From NCBI GenBank assembly GCA_027339965.1, contig DAHWNL010000049.1, positions 1 to 64,000 on the forward strand: a stretch of 64,000 nt of DNA. The letters run 5' to 3'. The position numbers and the translations under genes are program-made. The notes beneath the pieces were generated by a model. It was not told the DNA's origin and did no database searches. It saw nothing but the letters and a program-made list of their open reading frames with translations. The DNA comes from Granulicella sp. Lineage in GTDB: Bacteria > Acidobacteriota > Terriglobia > Terriglobales > Acidobacteriaceae. Positions 37,417-49,176 of this stretch are shown piece after piece. Within the stretch, counting starts at the first letter, position 1. Each line of letters starts with the position of its first letter.

Positions 37417-38697
37417 ATGCGCTATCCGCACTCAGTAATATCCGTCACAGCTTCCCTCTGCGCTGTTCTCGGGGTCACTTCCTGCCATACCGGGGGGCCG
37501 GCTCCAAAAGAAATTCCCACAGCCAAGGTTGCGGTGGCTCAACGTGGCGATATGGCAATAGCGGTAACGCTGGTCGGACAGTTTCAGCCCTACCAGGTGG
37601 TGGACGTCCATCCCAAAGTCAGCGGATATATGAAGCAGATCAACGTCGACATCGGCGACATCGTACATAAGGGAGAGGTCCTGGCGGTACTGGATATTCC
37701 TGAACTGAGAGCTCAGCTTCAAGAGTCGGCCTTTGAACTGGAGCAAAGCAAGCAAGCAGTCACGCGTGCTCAACAGGAGGTTGATCGCACCGTGGCGCTT
37801 GACTACGCATTGCATAAGGAGTCGGTTCGATTGGATAAGGCCGCCGCAACGCAGCCCGGCCTGATCGCTCAGCAGGAACTGGACGACGCGCAGTCCAAAG
37901 ATCTGGATGCCCAAGCCCAGATTGCGGCGGCGAAAGCGGGGTTGGCCGCGGCCCAGCAACACGAAGCGGCCGCTCTCGCGCTAAACCAGCACTATCAAGC
38001 GTTGGAAAACTATACCTACGTGATCTCTCCATTCGATGGGGTGGTGATTTGGCGCTATGCCGACACCGGCGCATTGATCCAGGGTGGAACCGCTCAGAAC
38101 GACTCCGCTCTGCCCATCGTTCGTGTCTCGCAGAGCGGCTTGTTGCGTCTGCGTTTTCCCGTGCCTGAGAACGACGTGCAAACCATCCACATCGGCGATA
38201 CTGTGCCGGTCCGAGTAGACGCCGTCAACGGTATCTATGAGGGGAAGGTTATACGGTTCACTCGCAGTGTGAACTTCGAGACTCGGACCATGGAGACGGA
38301 GATCGACATTAAGAATCCGAAACTCACCCTCACTCCCGGGATGTATGCCGTCACCGATCTGCCCCTGGCACAACAAGAGAATGCGACCACCATTCCGTTA
38401 GAGGCGCTGGTGATGAACGGAGATCAGCAGACGGTCTATGCGCTGGACGGCAACAATCGCATCCATATACGCAATGTGACCGTGGGCCTGAGAGGCCAGA
38501 AGCTGGCCGCAATCACCTCTGGGCTGGCAGTTGGCGATCGCGTCATTGATGGGGGTCAGGAGAAGTATCAGGATGGCGAGCTTGTGGATCCGCGGATCGT
38601 CTCCACGCCGGCATCCGAGACGACCCAGCAGACCGGCGGCATGATTGACATGAAGAAGGAAGAGGCAGTGACCGACGCATCTCTGGCGCCAAACTAA
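37417..38697 (+). CDS. RND efflux periplasmic adaptor (MFP), lipoprotein
   Basis: Lipobox VTSC; KVSGY, VDIGD, SPFDGVV, TRTM, PGMY. Confidence 0.93.
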   Translation: MRYPHSVISVTASLCAVLGVTSCHTGGPAPKEIPTAKVAVAQRGDMAIAVTLVGQFQPYQVVDVHPKVSGYMKQINVDIGDIVHKGEVLAVLDIPELRAQLQESAFELEQSKQAVTRAQQEVDRTVALDYALHKESVRLDKAAATQPGLIAQQELDDAQSKDLDAQAQIAAAKAGLAAAQQHEAAALALNQHYQALENYTYVISPFDGVVIWRYADTGALIQGGTAQNDSALPIVRVSQSGLLRLRFPVPENDVQTIHIGDTVPVRVDAVNGIYEGKVIRFTRSVNFETRTMETEIDIKNPKLTLTPGMYAVTDLPLAQQENATTIPLEALVMNGDQQTVYALDGNNRIHIRNVTVGLRGQKLAAITSGLAVGDRVIDGGQEKYQDGELVDPRIVSTPASETTQQTGGMIDMKKEEAVTDASLAPN

Positions 38698-38785
38698 AGC
38701 CAGACTCTCCGTGCGTTAGCCCATCGATCCCTGATGGGGCGGGCATAGACACAGTTCGGCTAACCATCCCAGGAGTATTTGTTCC

Positions 38786-41700
38786 ATGCCAAAGTTTGCA
38801 TTGAAATTTCCATTCTTTATTATCATGCTCTGCCTGATGGTGACTCTTGTAGGAACGGTCACGGTCTCAAGGATGCCGGTGGATCTGTTCCCTCCCATCG
38901 ATATGCCGGTGGTGGTAGTAGCCACGTTTTACAACGGCATGCCCCCGCAGCAGATCGAAGCGGATATCACCAACACCTTTGAGCGGTTCTTTACCCTCGC
39001 CACAGATGTGGATCACAGCGAATCGCGATCGATGACCGGTGTAAGCATCATCAAGATCTACTTCAAGCCAGGCACAGACCCCAACGCGGCCGCCAGCGAC
39101 GTATCCAATCTTGCCATGGCTGACCTGCGCCGTCTCCCTCCCGGAACCTTGCCTCCGGTCGTGCTGGCCTTGACAGCTTCGAGTCAACCCGTCTGTCTGA
39201 TTACCCTCAACGGTAAAGGTTTGAATGAGACGCAATTGAAGGATCTGGCGCAATATGAGGTTCGCGATCAGATCGCCAACGTGCAAGGAGCCTCTGTTAT
39301 CCAGCCTTTTGGCGGAACCTACCGTCAGATTCAGATCTACGTCGATCCGCTCAAGATGATGGCTCACAACATGAGCCTCAACGATGTGGTCAACTCCGTG
39401 AATGCGTCGAATCTGATCTTGCCGGCGGGCGACGTCCGTATCGGAACGAAGGACTACAACATCTACGCTAACAGCCAGTTTCCAAACGCCAAGATGATGA
39501 ACGAGATGCCGGTCAAGACAGAGGGGAACGCCTCAGTTCTTGTCTCTGACATAGGCCGGGCCGAAGATTCTGGCGCTCTGCAATACAACATCGTGCGCAT
39601 CAATGGGCAGCGATCCGTATACGTGCCCATCTTCACGCAGGGTGGAGACGCGAACACGATCAATATCGTCAATGGCATGAAGGAAGATATCAAACACCTG
39701 GTTGACGTTCCAGAATCGTTAAAGGTCGCGGTCGCATTCGACCAATCGGTCTTCGTCAAGCTTGCCGTCCGAAACCTGATCAAGGAAGCCAGCATCGGCC
39801 TGGGCCTTACCGGGATCATGATCCTGATCTTCCTTGGCAGCCCGCGAGCCACCTTTGCCGTCATGCTTTCCATCCCGCTCTCGGCACTCGTATGCCTGTT
39901 GGTCACCAACCTCATCGGTGGGACGGTCAATACCATGCTCCTCGGCGGCCTGGCGCTGGCTTTCTCCCGACTGATCGACGACTCGGTGGTGGTGCTGGAA
40001 AATATCTTCCGATATATGGAGATGGGTAGTCCACCTGTTGAAGCTGCAGAGAAGGGTGGCATGGAGGTCTCCCTTGCCGTTCTGGCAGCAACCTCGACCA
40101 CGGCGATCGTGTTCTTTCCTGTCGCCTTTCTTACTGGAATCAGTAAATACATCTTCACCCCGTTGGCGCTGGGCGTGGTGATATCGATCTTTGCCTCCTA
40201 CTTCTTCGCAATGACCGTAGTTCCACTCTTCTGCGCCAAGTTTGTCCGCCTATCCCATAACGAGGAAGGCCACGACGAACATGGTGGCAATCTTTCGGCC
40301 TTTCAGCGTTTGATTCACCGATTCAATCAATACTTCCAGCGATTTCTGGACGTCTATGAGCGTCTTGCCTACCGTGTCCTGCAGAAGCCAGCGATTACAG
40401 CCATTGTCATCCTGGGCGGTCTGGCCATTACCTTCTTCGGTCTTTTCCCTTTTCTGGGGCGAGCCTACTTTCCCCGCACCGATCCTGGTCAGTTTGTGGT
40501 TGACCTGCGGCTTCCGAGTGGAACCCGTATCGAGGTAAGCAACGAATATTGCGCCAGAATAGAAAAAATCATCCGCCAAGTGGTCAAGCCGAAGGATCTT
40601 GGCATGATCGTCTCCAATATCGGCGTCTATCCGGATCTCTCCTCACTCTTTACAACGAACGCATCGATGGATACGGCATTTATCCAGACCAGCCTTAAGG
40701 AAGACAGCAGCAAGGGCAGTTATGAGTATATGGATCTTGTCCAAAAGGCGCTGTCCAAGCAGATGCCCGAAGTTACAGCTTATTACTATGCGGGAGGCTT
40801 GATTGACAGCGTCATCAACGAGGGATTGATTGCCCCCATCGATGTTCAGGTGACATCCATGAACCTGCGCGGAGGGTTCAATTTAGCGCAACAACTTGCC
40901 TCAAAGATCAAGAAGATGCCCAATGTGAGCGACGCTTTTGTCCCACAGGATCTGGATTATCCCGGCATAGCGCTCGATGTCGACCGTCAGAAGGCCAGCC
41001 TGATCGGGCTCTCTGCGCAGGATGTGGTGGACGACGTTGTCACCGCTCTGACCTCAGACGGCATGATCGCTCCGAGCTACTGGATCGATCCCGTCAGCGG
41101 CAATAACTACTTTGTCACGGTTCAATATGCGAACCGCTGGATTGATAACATGTCCATGGAGGACCTTGGGAACATACCTCTCCGCGGCACTCAGCCTCCG
41201 GGATACAGTCCAACCAACATCGGTCGGATGGCCGTAAAGATGCCGTCCAACTTCCTGCGAAGCGATCACAGCACCGGCTATACGCCGCTCAGTTCGGTGG
41301 CCAATCTTGTTCTGATGAATACGCCAACCGAGGTGGACCACTATCAGATCCAGCGCGTGTCGGACGTCTATGTCTCGACCAAGACGGAGGCCCTGAATGA
41401 CGTCATCTCCAGAATCCAGACGCTGCTGAAAAACACCAAGCACGGTCGCAATACAGTTCTGATGGTTCGTGGTGCTCCTATCAGCATGAACACGGCCTTC
41501 CACGACTTCGGCCTTGGCCTGGTTGTAGCAGTTCTGATGGTCTATCTGGTGCTAATGTCGCAGTTCCAGTCCTTTATCGATCCGTTCATTATTCTCATGG
41601 CCGTTCCTCCGGGCCTTGTAGGGGTACTCTTATTCCTGATGCTCACCGGATCGACGCTCAATGTCATGTCCTTGATGGGCGTGATCATGATGACCGGAAT

Positions 41701-42028
41701 CGTGGTGTCCAACAGCATTCTGATTGTGGAGTTTGCCGGAATTCTCCATGAGCAGGGTAAGTCGTTGCTGGACGCCGTGGTGAGCTCCTGTAAGATTCGT
41801 CTGCGTCCCATCATGATGACCTCGCTGGCTACGCTCCTGGGCATGATTCCCCTGGCCCTGGGACTCGAAGCTGGAAGCCAACAGTACGCTCCGTTGGCCC
41901 GCGCCATCATCGGCGGCCTGGGAATGTCGGTAGCCGTCACTGTGTTTTTGGTCCCCGCGGTCTACCTTGTCGTTCATGGTCGCCGTGAGTCCAATGCCAC
42001 CGGCGTAGAAGGAGTTGAACATGCATAA
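38786..42028 (+). CDS. RND efflux permease (AcrB/CusA superfamily)
   Basis: 1080 aa; PVDLFP, IDDSVVVLENI, VVSNSIL, RLRPIMMT, PLARAIIGG. Confidence 0.95.
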   Translation: MPKFALKFPFFIIMLCLMVTLVGTVTVSRMPVDLFPPIDMPVVVVATFYNGMPPQQIEADITNTFERFFTLATDVDHSESRSMTGVSIIKIYFKPGTDPNAAASDVSNLAMADLRRLPPGTLPPVVLALTASSQPVCLITLNGKGLNETQLKDLAQYEVRDQIANVQGASVIQPFGGTYRQIQIYVDPLKMMAHNMSLNDVVNSVNASNLILPAGDVRIGTKDYNIYANSQFPNAKMMNEMPVKTEGNASVLVSDIGRAEDSGALQYNIVRINGQRSVYVPIFTQGGDANTINIVNGMKEDIKHLVDVPESLKVAVAFDQSVFVKLAVRNLIKEASIGLGLTGIMILIFLGSPRATFAVMLSIPLSALVCLLVTNLIGGTVNTMLLGGLALAFSRLIDDSVVVLENIFRYMEMGSPPVEAAEKGGMEVSLAVLAATSTTAIVFFPVAFLTGISKYIFTPLALGVVISIFASYFFAMTVVPLFCAKFVRLSHNEEGHDEHGGNLSAFQRLIHRFNQYFQRFLDVYERLAYRVLQKPAITAIVILGGLAITFFGLFPFLGRAYFPRTDPGQFVVDLRLPSGTRIEVSNEYCARIEKIIRQVVKPKDLGMIVSNIGVYPDLSSLFTTNASMDTAFIQTSLKEDSSKGSYEYMDLVQKALSKQMPEVTAYYYAGGLIDSVINEGLIAPIDVQVTSMNLRGGFNLAQQLASKIKKMPNVSDAFVPQDLDYPGIALDVDRQKASLIGLSAQDVVDDVVTALTSDGMIAPSYWIDPVSGNNYFVTVQYANRWIDNMSMEDLGNIPLRGTQPPGYSPTNIGRMAVKMPSNFLRSDHSTGYTPLSSVANLVLMNTPTEVDHYQIQRVSDVYVSTKTEALNDVISRIQTLLKNTKHGRNTVLMVRGAPISMNTAFHDFGLGLVVAVLMVYLVLMSQFQSFIDPFIILMAVPPGLVGVLLFLMLTGSTLNVMSLMGVIMMTGIVVSNSILIVEFAGILHEQGKSLLDAVVSSCKIRLRPIMMTSLATLLGMIPLALGLEAGSQQYAPLARAIIGGLGMSVAVTVFLVPAVYLVVHGRRESNATGVEGVEHA

Positions 42029-43478
42029 TCGTCGCAAGACCATGGGTTTTGGCATCTTCTCTGCCATCGTGATCGCCTGCGGATCTCTGTCAGCCCGTAA
42101 TTTGCAGGCGCAGAGCCAGGCTCTGCCCGATGCTCCGAAGACGAGCCTTTTTCTTAGTGCTGCGCAAACGCCGCAGGACCCGGCAACGCAGGCGACATCT
42201 GCTCAAGCCCAGGCGATGACGGCTCCAACGACGAGCGCTGAGCCGAATGCTCCGAAGCTCACCGTTGCTCAGGCAGAACAGATGGCGCTGAAAAATAACC
42301 CAAATATCAGTGTGGCCCAACTGTTCGCGCTCGCCAAGGAGCAGGTGACCCGAGAAGTTTTCTCGGCCGAACTTCCAACAGTAACTGGCGCCTTGGTCGC
42401 TACGGACTCCAACCTTAACGGGCGGCTGGCGGCCGACGCCCAGGCGCCCTTTGACAATCCGCGAATTATCAACCGTTTTGCGGGAGGCGCTGAGGTCAAT
42501 CAGCTCATTACCGACTTTGGACACACTGGCAACTTGGTGCGCAGTGCCAAATTCAACGCCAAAGCGCAGGTTGAGCAGGAAAAGGCTACGGAACTTGATA
42601 TCACCCTCGTCACAGACCAGGCGTTTTACGACGCCTTGACCGCACAGGCGGTTCTCAAAGTGGCCAAGGAGACGGTCTACCAGCGCGAATCCACGGATGA
42701 GCAGGTCCGCGCGTTGACCAAGTTCAAGCTGCGTTCGGACGTCGATTTGAGCTTCGCCGACGTCCAGGTCTCTCGCGCCAAACTCTTCTTACTGGATGCG
42801 CAAAATAACGAAGAAACAACAATGGCCGCTCTCGATGATGTTCTTGGCCAGGAAAATAGCACACAGTACTCTCTGGTGGATGAGACAAATAACCATCCTG
42901 AACCAGCACCGGATGATCCGGAAGCCATGGTCAAGCTTGCCTTTACCCAACGGCCTGACCTTGCAGCCTTGAACTCCACCTATGCAGCCGACCAGCATTT
43001 CGCCCGAGCAGAGCGCGACCTATGGATGCCAAGCCTCACCGCTCTCGGAGCCGCTGGGGGAGAACCTATTCGTGGAGACAAAATCCAGCGGTCTTGGTAC
43101 GCTATAGCTGGTGTAAATCTCAGCGTGCCGATTTTCAACGGCTTCCTTTTCAACGCTGAAGAGAGTCAGGCAAAACTCCAGGCCAAAGCGGCGCAAGAGC
43201 AGGTGCGCAACCTGACGGATAATATTGCGCGTGACGTGCGTACTGCGGTCTTCAATGCGCAAACCGCATATCAGAAGATTGCGGTCACCGAGCAGATGCT
43301 TTACCAGGCCAATTATTCCCTTGCGCTTGCCTCAGCACGTTACAAGATGAATTTGAGCGGCATCGTGGAGATAACTCAAGCTCAACTGGAGCAAGCCCAG
43401 GCTGCGGTCGACAATGCGACCGCCCGTTACAACTATCAGACAGCCATGGCGATTTTGCATTATGAGCTCGGCGAGTGA
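42021..43478 (+). CDS. TolC-family outer-membrane factor
   Basis: Signal peptide; ALKNNP, RPDL, LSVPIFNG; helical repeats; third gene of the RND operon. Confidence 0.92.
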   Translation: MHNRRKTMGFGIFSAIVIACGSLSARNLQAQSQALPDAPKTSLFLSAAQTPQDPATQATSAQAQAMTAPTTSAEPNAPKLTVAQAEQMALKNNPNISVAQLFALAKEQVTREVFSAELPTVTGALVATDSNLNGRLAADAQAPFDNPRIINRFAGGAEVNQLITDFGHTGNLVRSAKFNAKAQVEQEKATELDITLVTDQAFYDALTAQAVLKVAKETVYQRESTDEQVRALTKFKLRSDVDLSFADVQVSRAKLFLLDAQNNEETTMAALDDVLGQENSTQYSLVDETNNHPEPAPDDPEAMVKLAFTQRPDLAALNSTYAADQHFARAERDLWMPSLTALGAAGGEPIRGDKIQRSWYAIAGVNLSVPIFNGFLFNAEESQAKLQAKAAQEQVRNLTDNIARDVRTAVFNAQTAYQKIAVTEQMLYQANYSLALASARYKMNLSGIVEITQAQLEQAQAAVDNATARYNYQTAMAILHYELGE

Positions 43479-43738
43479 GGAGTCGGCGGCCAGGAAAAGC
43501 ACCCGACAGAACAGACGGTCTTGTTGAGATTCAATCCATCTGATCCTCGGGTTGCGGAACGATCCAGGAGGAAACCGTAGCCCTAGATATCCAGCAACGC
43601 CATCGATCTCAGGCCCTGATGAAGTTTCATATCTCTTGGCGCAAGTCGGTTCTACGCTGAACCATTCCGTCAAATCGGGGCCTCTATAACAGCCATCAAC
43701 CACCATCCGCGGCAGCTTCAACCGGAGAACCGTTTGGT

Positions 43739-44644
43739 ATGCAGAAAGAGATTCGATTCAAGCAGATCCTGTTCGCTACGGACTTTCTGGAGAGCTCTCG
43801 CCTGGCTCTGGACTACGCAGTGGCCATCGCCAACCACTTTCAAGCTGCGATCGTCATGCTACACGTGGTAGAACTTATGCCTGCTGCCCTAGAGGCAGAG
43901 TTGATCACCAAGACGTCTAGCCAGACCCGCCAGGCCGCATATCGTCGTCTCGCCGCGCTCGCAGAGGGCGTGCGACGCATGGGGTTGAACGTCTCCATCC
44001 TCGTTGAAGAGGGCGTTCCTTCCGACGTCATCCTTCAGGCCGCGAAACAGACGCAAGCCGATCTTTTGGTCCTCGGAGTCCATGGAGTTCACCGAGGATT
44101 GAGTCACCTTCTGATCGGCTCAAATACGGAGAAGCTCTTGCTCAGCGCCGAGTGCCCTACCCTGACTGTGGGCTCTCATGTGCTCTCCGGTGTCGATCTC
44201 TCGCTTCCCATGGACACAATTTTCTACTTTTCCGACTTCACGCCCGAGGCCGCAGCCGCAGCGCCCTATGCGGTCTTCTTGCGTCAGGAGTTCCGAGTGC
44301 CTGTGGAAGTCTATCAGCTCTTAACCTCCGCAGCCCTCAAAGACCAGAACCTGAGCAGGAATCTAGCGGAGGAGTACTGTGCCCGGATGAAATCCATCTT
44401 TGGGGAAGACCAGGCAGAGTGGTGTACGCCGGACTTCCAGCTCAAAAATGGATTGGATCTGGACCGCATGATCACGATAGCCCAGACCCAGCCATCTGGA
44501 TTGATCGTCATGGGCGTTCAGACCGAATCCCACCTCGGGCGTCATCTTCATACCAGCCTTGCCTATCATGTGCTCTCAAAAGCGGCTAGTCCCGTTCTTT
44601 CCATTCGCAACCTTGCCGTGGAGCCGCAGCCTCAGAATGCATAA
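43739..44644 (+). CDS. Tandem-domain universal stress protein
   Basis: ILFATDF, DLLVLG.HG, IGSNTEKLL...CPTLTV; second, diverged USP domain. Confidence 0.9.
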   Translation: MQKEIRFKQILFATDFLESSRLALDYAVAIANHFQAAIVMLHVVELMPAALEAELITKTSSQTRQAAYRRLAALAEGVRRMGLNVSILVEEGVPSDVILQAAKQTQADLLVLGVHGVHRGLSHLLIGSNTEKLLLSAECPTLTVGSHVLSGVDLSLPMDTIFYFSDFTPEAAAAAPYAVFLRQEFRVPVEVYQLLTSAALKDQNLSRNLAEEYCARMKSIFGEDQAEWCTPDFQLKNGLDLDRMITIAQTQPSGLIVMGVQTESHLGRHLHTSLAYHVLSKAASPVLSIRNLAVEPQPQNA

Positions 44645-44676
44645 GCGGCATCCATACCGCGCTCTGCCATCAGAAC

Positions 44677-45765
44677 TCACCTGGTTTGCAGTCTTTGCTC
44701 CCACTCCATGATTGCAGCCTGCTCGGCGGCTGCAAATGTAAGGTGTCCCACCTTACGCCCCGGCCTTGCTTCTTTGCCGTAGTCGTGACGAAACAAGCCT
44801 GGAAACGCTGCCGTTTCCGCCTCGGGAGGCATGCTCCCTATGCAGTTCAACATGACGGTCGGTCGACTTTCTGTGCTGCCCAGTTCCCTTCCTGATATCG
44901 CCCGCAGATGGTTTTCAAACTGCGAGGTCGCGGAACCTTCGATGGTCCAATGACCTGAATTATGAACCCTGGGCGCCATCTCATTGGCCAAGAGATTGCC
45001 GTTCGCAACAAAAAACTCGACCGCCAGAATGCCTACATAGTTGAGCCTCTTCAGTAAGATCGTCATATGGCGCTCGGCTTTCTGCTGCAAATCCTCATGC
45101 AGAAATGGAGCGCTGGAGACGCGCAGGATGCCCTCCCGGTGATAATTCTCGACCAAGGGATAAAAGACGGTCTCTCCACTCCTGGCGCGCGCGGCAATCA
45201 GGGATACCTCTGCATCGAAACCGATAACTCCCTCTAGAATGCAGGGAACCTCTCCGACAGATGCCCATGCAGCGGCCGCCTCTTCGCTATGGTGCAGGCG
45301 CACCTGACCTTTGCCGTCGTATCCGAGCCTCCTGGTTTTGAGAATTGCAGGCCGTCCGATCTCCCTGATGCCTTGATGCAGATCAATCAGACTATCCACC
45401 GCAACAAATGGCGCAGTGGCAACACCGCAGTCCCTGAAGAAGCGCTTCTCCAACAAGCGCTCCTGAGCGATTCCAATTGCACCCGCATTGGGATAGAGAT
45501 TCAACCCCTGGAGCACATCAGCGTGGATGTTTTCGCTCTCTACTGTTACCAGATCCATCCCTTGCGCAAAAGCAGCCACTGCCTCAGCGTCGTTCAGGTC
45601 AACATTGCGAACCTCAGCAACCTGCCCCGCACAGTCCCCTGGCCGGCCCGCGCAGACCACCTCAAGATCGAGCGCTGCGGAGGCTTGCGCCAACATTAAT
45701 GCTAGTTGCCCGGCACCCAGAATGCCGATCCTTTGCCGCGAATTCTTCTTGCCCACCTGAATCAT
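44677..45765 (-). CDS. purK: N5-carboxyaminoimidazole ribonucleotide synthase
   Basis: [33 protein letters not shown]. Confidence 0.95.
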   Translation of the reverse strand: MIQVGKKNSRQRIGILGAGQLALMLAQASAALDLEVVCAGRPGDCAGQVAEVRNVDLNDAEAVAAFAQGMDLVTVESENIHADVLQGLNLYPNAGAIGIAQERLLEKRFFRDCGVATAPFVAVDSLIDLHQGIREIGRPAILKTRRLGYDGKGQVRLHHSEEAAAAWASVGEVPCILEGVIGFDAEVSLIAARARSGETVFYPLVENYHREGILRVSSAPFLHEDLQQKAERHMTILLKRLNYVGILAVEFFVANGNLLANEMAPRVHNSGHWTIEGSATSQFENHLRAISGRELGSTESRPTVMLNCIGSMPPEAETAAFPGLFRHDYGKEARPGRKVGHLTFAAAEQAAIMEWEQRLQTR

Positions 45766-46313
45766 TGACGCGGGTCCGGTCCTTTCAGGACAACTTTGGT
45801 CTGTGCTTTACGGAACTTCTCCAGCCTCCGCTGCAGTTCTTCGTTCTCCAGCCCCAGGACCGATACCGCAAACAAACCTGCATTCTTTGCGCCAGCCTCA
45901 CCAATGGCGAACGTCGCCACCGGAACCCCGGCCGGCATCTGGGCGATAGAGAGAAGGGAGTCCAGACCCTTCAGAGCTCGGCTCTTCACGGGAACGCCCA
46001 GCACTGGCAAGGTCGTCTTCGCCGCCACCATGCCGGGCAGGTGTGCCGCCCCGCCAGCTCCGGCAATAATGATCTTCAGCCCGCGCTCTTTAGCGCTCTC
46101 TGCGTAGCGCATCATCTTGTCTGGGGTGCGGTGCGCCGATACCACTTCCACCTGAAAGCCCACCCCAAACTCTTCGAGGACGCCGGCCGCCGCCTCCATG
46201 GTAGGCCAATCGGAGCGAGACCCCATGATGATGCCGACCGCTGCCACTCTCTCAGATGAGTTTCCGGTCCTCCCCATTGTCCTCGCCTGGCCATTCTGCG
46301 CTCGCTTTGCCAT
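45762..46313 (-). CDS. purE: N5-CAIR mutase
   Basis: [33 protein letters not shown]. Confidence 0.97.
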   Translation of the reverse strand: MAKRAQNGQARTMGRTGNSSERVAAVGIIMGSRSDWPTMEAAAGVLEEFGVGFQVEVVSAHRTPDKMMRYAESAKERGLKIIIAGAGGAAHLPGMVAAKTTLPVLGVPVKSRALKGLDSLLSIAQMPAGVPVATFAIGEAGAKNAGLFAVSVLGLENEELQRRLEKFRKAQTKVVLKGPDPRQ

Positions 46314-46906
46314 TATGCCCTCGAATCCTTTTGGATCTCGCTCCAGTTTCTCAATACCTCAACAAACGCCTCCTGTTCGAGCGCTTGTACCCTGTCCTTC
46401 AATCGATCCACTGTATCGTCAGGCAGGACAGTGCACCGCTTCTGCAGAACGATCGGTCCTCCGTCAACCTCTTCCGTCACCTGATGAACCGTACAACCGG
46501 TTTCTGCAACTCCTGCGGCCAGTACGGCCTCATGCACCTTTCGATTCATCAACCCCGCAAAATCTGGAAGCAGCGATGGATGCACGTTCAGCAGTCTACC
46601 CCTCCAGGTCTGAACAAATGAAGCGGTGACAATGCGCATATAACCGATCAGTAGCACTACCTCGGCACCTACGCTCTCCAGCACCCGACTTACTTGCCGG
46701 TCATACGCTTCACGCGTCAGGCCTGCCGAATCCAGAAAGAGAGCCGCCACCTGGTGTCTCGCGGCTCGCTCCAGGATCGGAGCGGTCTGCTTGTCTGAGA
46801 TGACCATCACAACTTCGGCGTCCAGACCCCCTGCGGCGATCGCATCCAGGACACCTTGCAGTGCTGTTCCACGCGTCGATCCCAAGACCCCAACCTTTAA
46901 ACTCAT
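46313..46906 (-). CDS. purN: Phosphoribosylglycinamide formyltransferase
   Basis: [29 protein letters not shown]. Confidence 0.95.
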   Translation of the reverse strand: MSLKVGVLGSTRGTALQGVLDAIAAGGLDAEVVMVISDKQTAPILERAARHQVAALFLDSAGLTREAYDRQVSRVLESVGAEVVLLIGYMRIVTASFVQTWRGRLLNVHPSLLPDFAGLMNRKVHEAVLAAGVAETGCTVHQVTEEVDGGPIVLQKRCTVLPDDTVDRLKDRVQALEQEAFVEVLRNWSEIQKDSRA

Positions 46907-48225
46907 GCCTGCCGCACCACCTTCATATGCTCAATACGCTGAAGAATGGCTCTCTCGGTGCCGATGTCGGAGCGGTGAAAGAACGGGCCAGGAATCATTC
47001 TCACCGTCTCTTCACACCGAGTCTCTGCCTCGTTCAGGCTTTCCCCAACACCCACCACAGCAACCGTCCGGGAACCGGTGGCGACCAGGGTGTGATCCTT
47101 GACATCCACAGCGCTCAGGAACAGACTCACCCCTTTGGGCAGATCTGTGGGCAGTAGAACCGGGTCGCCCTTGCGGGGCTGATCCGGATATCCCTCTGGC
47201 ACCAGATACTTGCATACGCTGGCATAACCAGAGAATCGTGTCGGAACATCCTTTAGAGATCCGCTTACCATCGCCCGGCAGATTTTCAGAAAATCAGACT
47301 CAAGCAGAGTCAGCAAGTTCAGCGACTCCGGGTCTCCAAACCGAGCGTTGTACTCGATCAGTTTTACGCCATCGTGGGTAGCTATAAAGCCACCATAAAG
47401 AATGCCTTGATAGGGTGCTCCACAATCCGCGCCAAGCGCTGCCGCAACACGCTCATTGATTCTTTGAGCCTTCAAAACGTCCTCATCCGTCAGGAAGGGC
47501 AGTTTCTGGTTCACACCCGTATACGTACCCATGCCGCCAGTGTTGGGCCCCGTATCTCCCTCATAGGCCCGCTTGTGATCTTGAACGGCGGGCATATGCC
47601 GCAACGTCGTTCCGTCGCAGAAGCTCATGAGAGAGAACTCTTCGCCCCCGAGCTTTTCTTCCACCACAAAGGCGTGACCTTGACCTACCAGCTCGCGGCA
47701 AAATGCAATGCTGTCCTCCATGGACAGAAGATGATCCCCGCAGACCTTGACGCCCTTGCCTCCAGCCAGACCATCGTCTTTGATCACGTGCCGCCCAGAA
47801 AGCTCCGTGAGCAACTTCTCCACACCATCCATAGAGGTGAATCGCTGAAAGAATGGATTCCCTGGAATCCCATGGCTGGCCAACAGATCTCTGGCAAAAC
47901 CTTTGCTGGATTCAATACGGGCCTGACTCTGCCTCGGTCCAACGACAGGAATTCCAGCCTCCCACAGCGCGTCCGCAACGCCCGCAGCTAACGGCGCCTC
48001 TGGCCCGATCACGGCCAGCGTTGCGCCGTGCTTGCGCCCAAACGAGACAACCGCCTCCGGCTGCGTGATGCTCCCAAGTCCGTACTCCGAACACAGAGCC
48101 ACGATGCCTGGATTGCTCGCTCCGCTGAAGCAGAGCAGCCGGGGCCGCTCTGTCGAATGCGCTAAGGTCCGTGCAATCGCATGCTCGCGGGCTCCCGAAC
48201 CTACCACCAGAATCGTTTCGCTCAT
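46903..48225 (-). CDS. purD: Phosphoribosylamine-glycine ligase
   Basis: GSGAREHA, GPEAPL, QDHKR..EGDTGPNTGGMG, EYNARFGDPE. Confidence 0.96.
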   Translation of the reverse strand: MSETILVVGSGAREHAIARTLAHSTERPRLLCFSGASNPGIVALCSEYGLGSITQPEAVVSFGRKHGATLAVIGPEAPLAAGVADALWEAGIPVVGPRQSQARIESSKGFARDLLASHGIPGNPFFQRFTSMDGVEKLLTELSGRHVIKDDGLAGGKGVKVCGDHLLSMEDSIAFCRELVGQGHAFVVEEKLGGEEFSLMSFCDGTTLRHMPAVQDHKRAYEGDTGPNTGGMGTYTGVNQKLPFLTDEDVLKAQRINERVAAALGADCGAPYQGILYGGFIATHDGVKLIEYNARFGDPESLNLLTLLESDFLKICRAMVSGSLKDVPTRFSGYASVCKYLVPEGYPDQPRKGDPVLLPTDLPKGVSLFLSAVDVKDHTLVATGSRTVAVVGVGESLNEAETRCEETVRMIPGPFFHRSDIGTERAILQRIEHMKVVRQA

Positions 48226-49175
48226 TGCCTCAAACTCGCCATGACTGTCTCTTCCAACGGCCGCCCATCAGGCTCAAACACCGTCTCTGTGATTTTTTCA
48301 AAGAGCTGAATGTATCGCGACGCCAACTCGCCGATCAGATCATCCGGCGGCGCCGGAAGCACGTCATCCTTGTAAGGATCGCATCGTTCCCGGAACCAGA
48401 GGCGAAAGAACTCCTTGTCGATCATATGTGGTTCCTGCCCAGCCGCCAGCCTCTCTGCGTAACTCTCTGCCAGCCAATAACGGCTGGAGTCGGGGGTATG
48501 GATCTCATCGATCACAAGCACCTCTCCATTCGGAGCCACTCCAAACTCATACTTGGTATCCACCAGAATCAGTCCGCGTTGCGCGGCAAGTCTCTGACCA
48601 AAGGCAAACAGCTCCAGAGCCTTTTGCGAAGTAATCCCCCACTGCTGGGCGGTCATCCAGCCCTCCGCTACGATCTCCTCACCGCTGATCGGTCGGTCGT
48701 GAGCTTTCTCTTTGGTCGTTGGCGTGACGATACTCTGCGGCAACGGCTGATTCTTGTTCATGCCCTCAGGAAGAGTATGACCGCAGTAGTTTCGTGCTCC
48801 CTTTTGATATTGCGTCCAGATGGAAGTATCGGTGGATCCCGTCATATAGCCGCGCACGACGAACTCGATGGGGAGAACGTCGCACTTGCGGGCAACCAGT
48901 GCGTTGGCATGCGGACTGAAGAGAACGTGGTTGGGAATGATATGGCGTGTCTGATCAAACCAGTAAAGGGATGTCCGGTTCAGCACCTGCCCTTTGAAGG
49001 GAATCACGCCCAGCATACGGTCAAAGCCGCTCTGGCGATCTGTGGTCACCAGCAACAGACGACCGTCGCCCAGGTCATAAGTATCCCGCACCTTACCCGG
49101 ATGCTTCCCTGCCAGCGGCAGGTCGGTCGCCGCAACGCAATTCGAAATGGCTTCCACAAGCAACCTTCTCTCCAT
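48222..49175 (-). CDS. purC: SAICAR synthetase
   Basis: GKVRD, TDRQSGFD, TPTTK, VDTKYEFG, DEIHTPDSSRYW; ATG 49175 right after the purM stop. Confidence 0.95.
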   Translation of the reverse strand: MERRLLVEAISNCVAATDLPLAGKHPGKVRDTYDLGDGRLLLVTTDRQSGFDRMLGVIPFKGQVLNRTSLYWFDQTRHIIPNHVLFSPHANALVARKCDVLPIEFVVRGYMTGSTDTSIWTQYQKGARNYCGHTLPEGMNKNQPLPQSIVTPTTKEKAHDRPISGEEIVAEGWMTAQQWGITSQKALELFAFGQRLAAQRGLILVDTKYEFGVAPNGEVLVIDEIHTPDSSRYWLAESYAERLAAGQEPHMIDKEFFRLWFRERCDPYKDDVLPAPPDDLIGELASRYIQLFEKITETVFEPDGRPLEETVMASLRQ

Positions 49176-49176
49176 C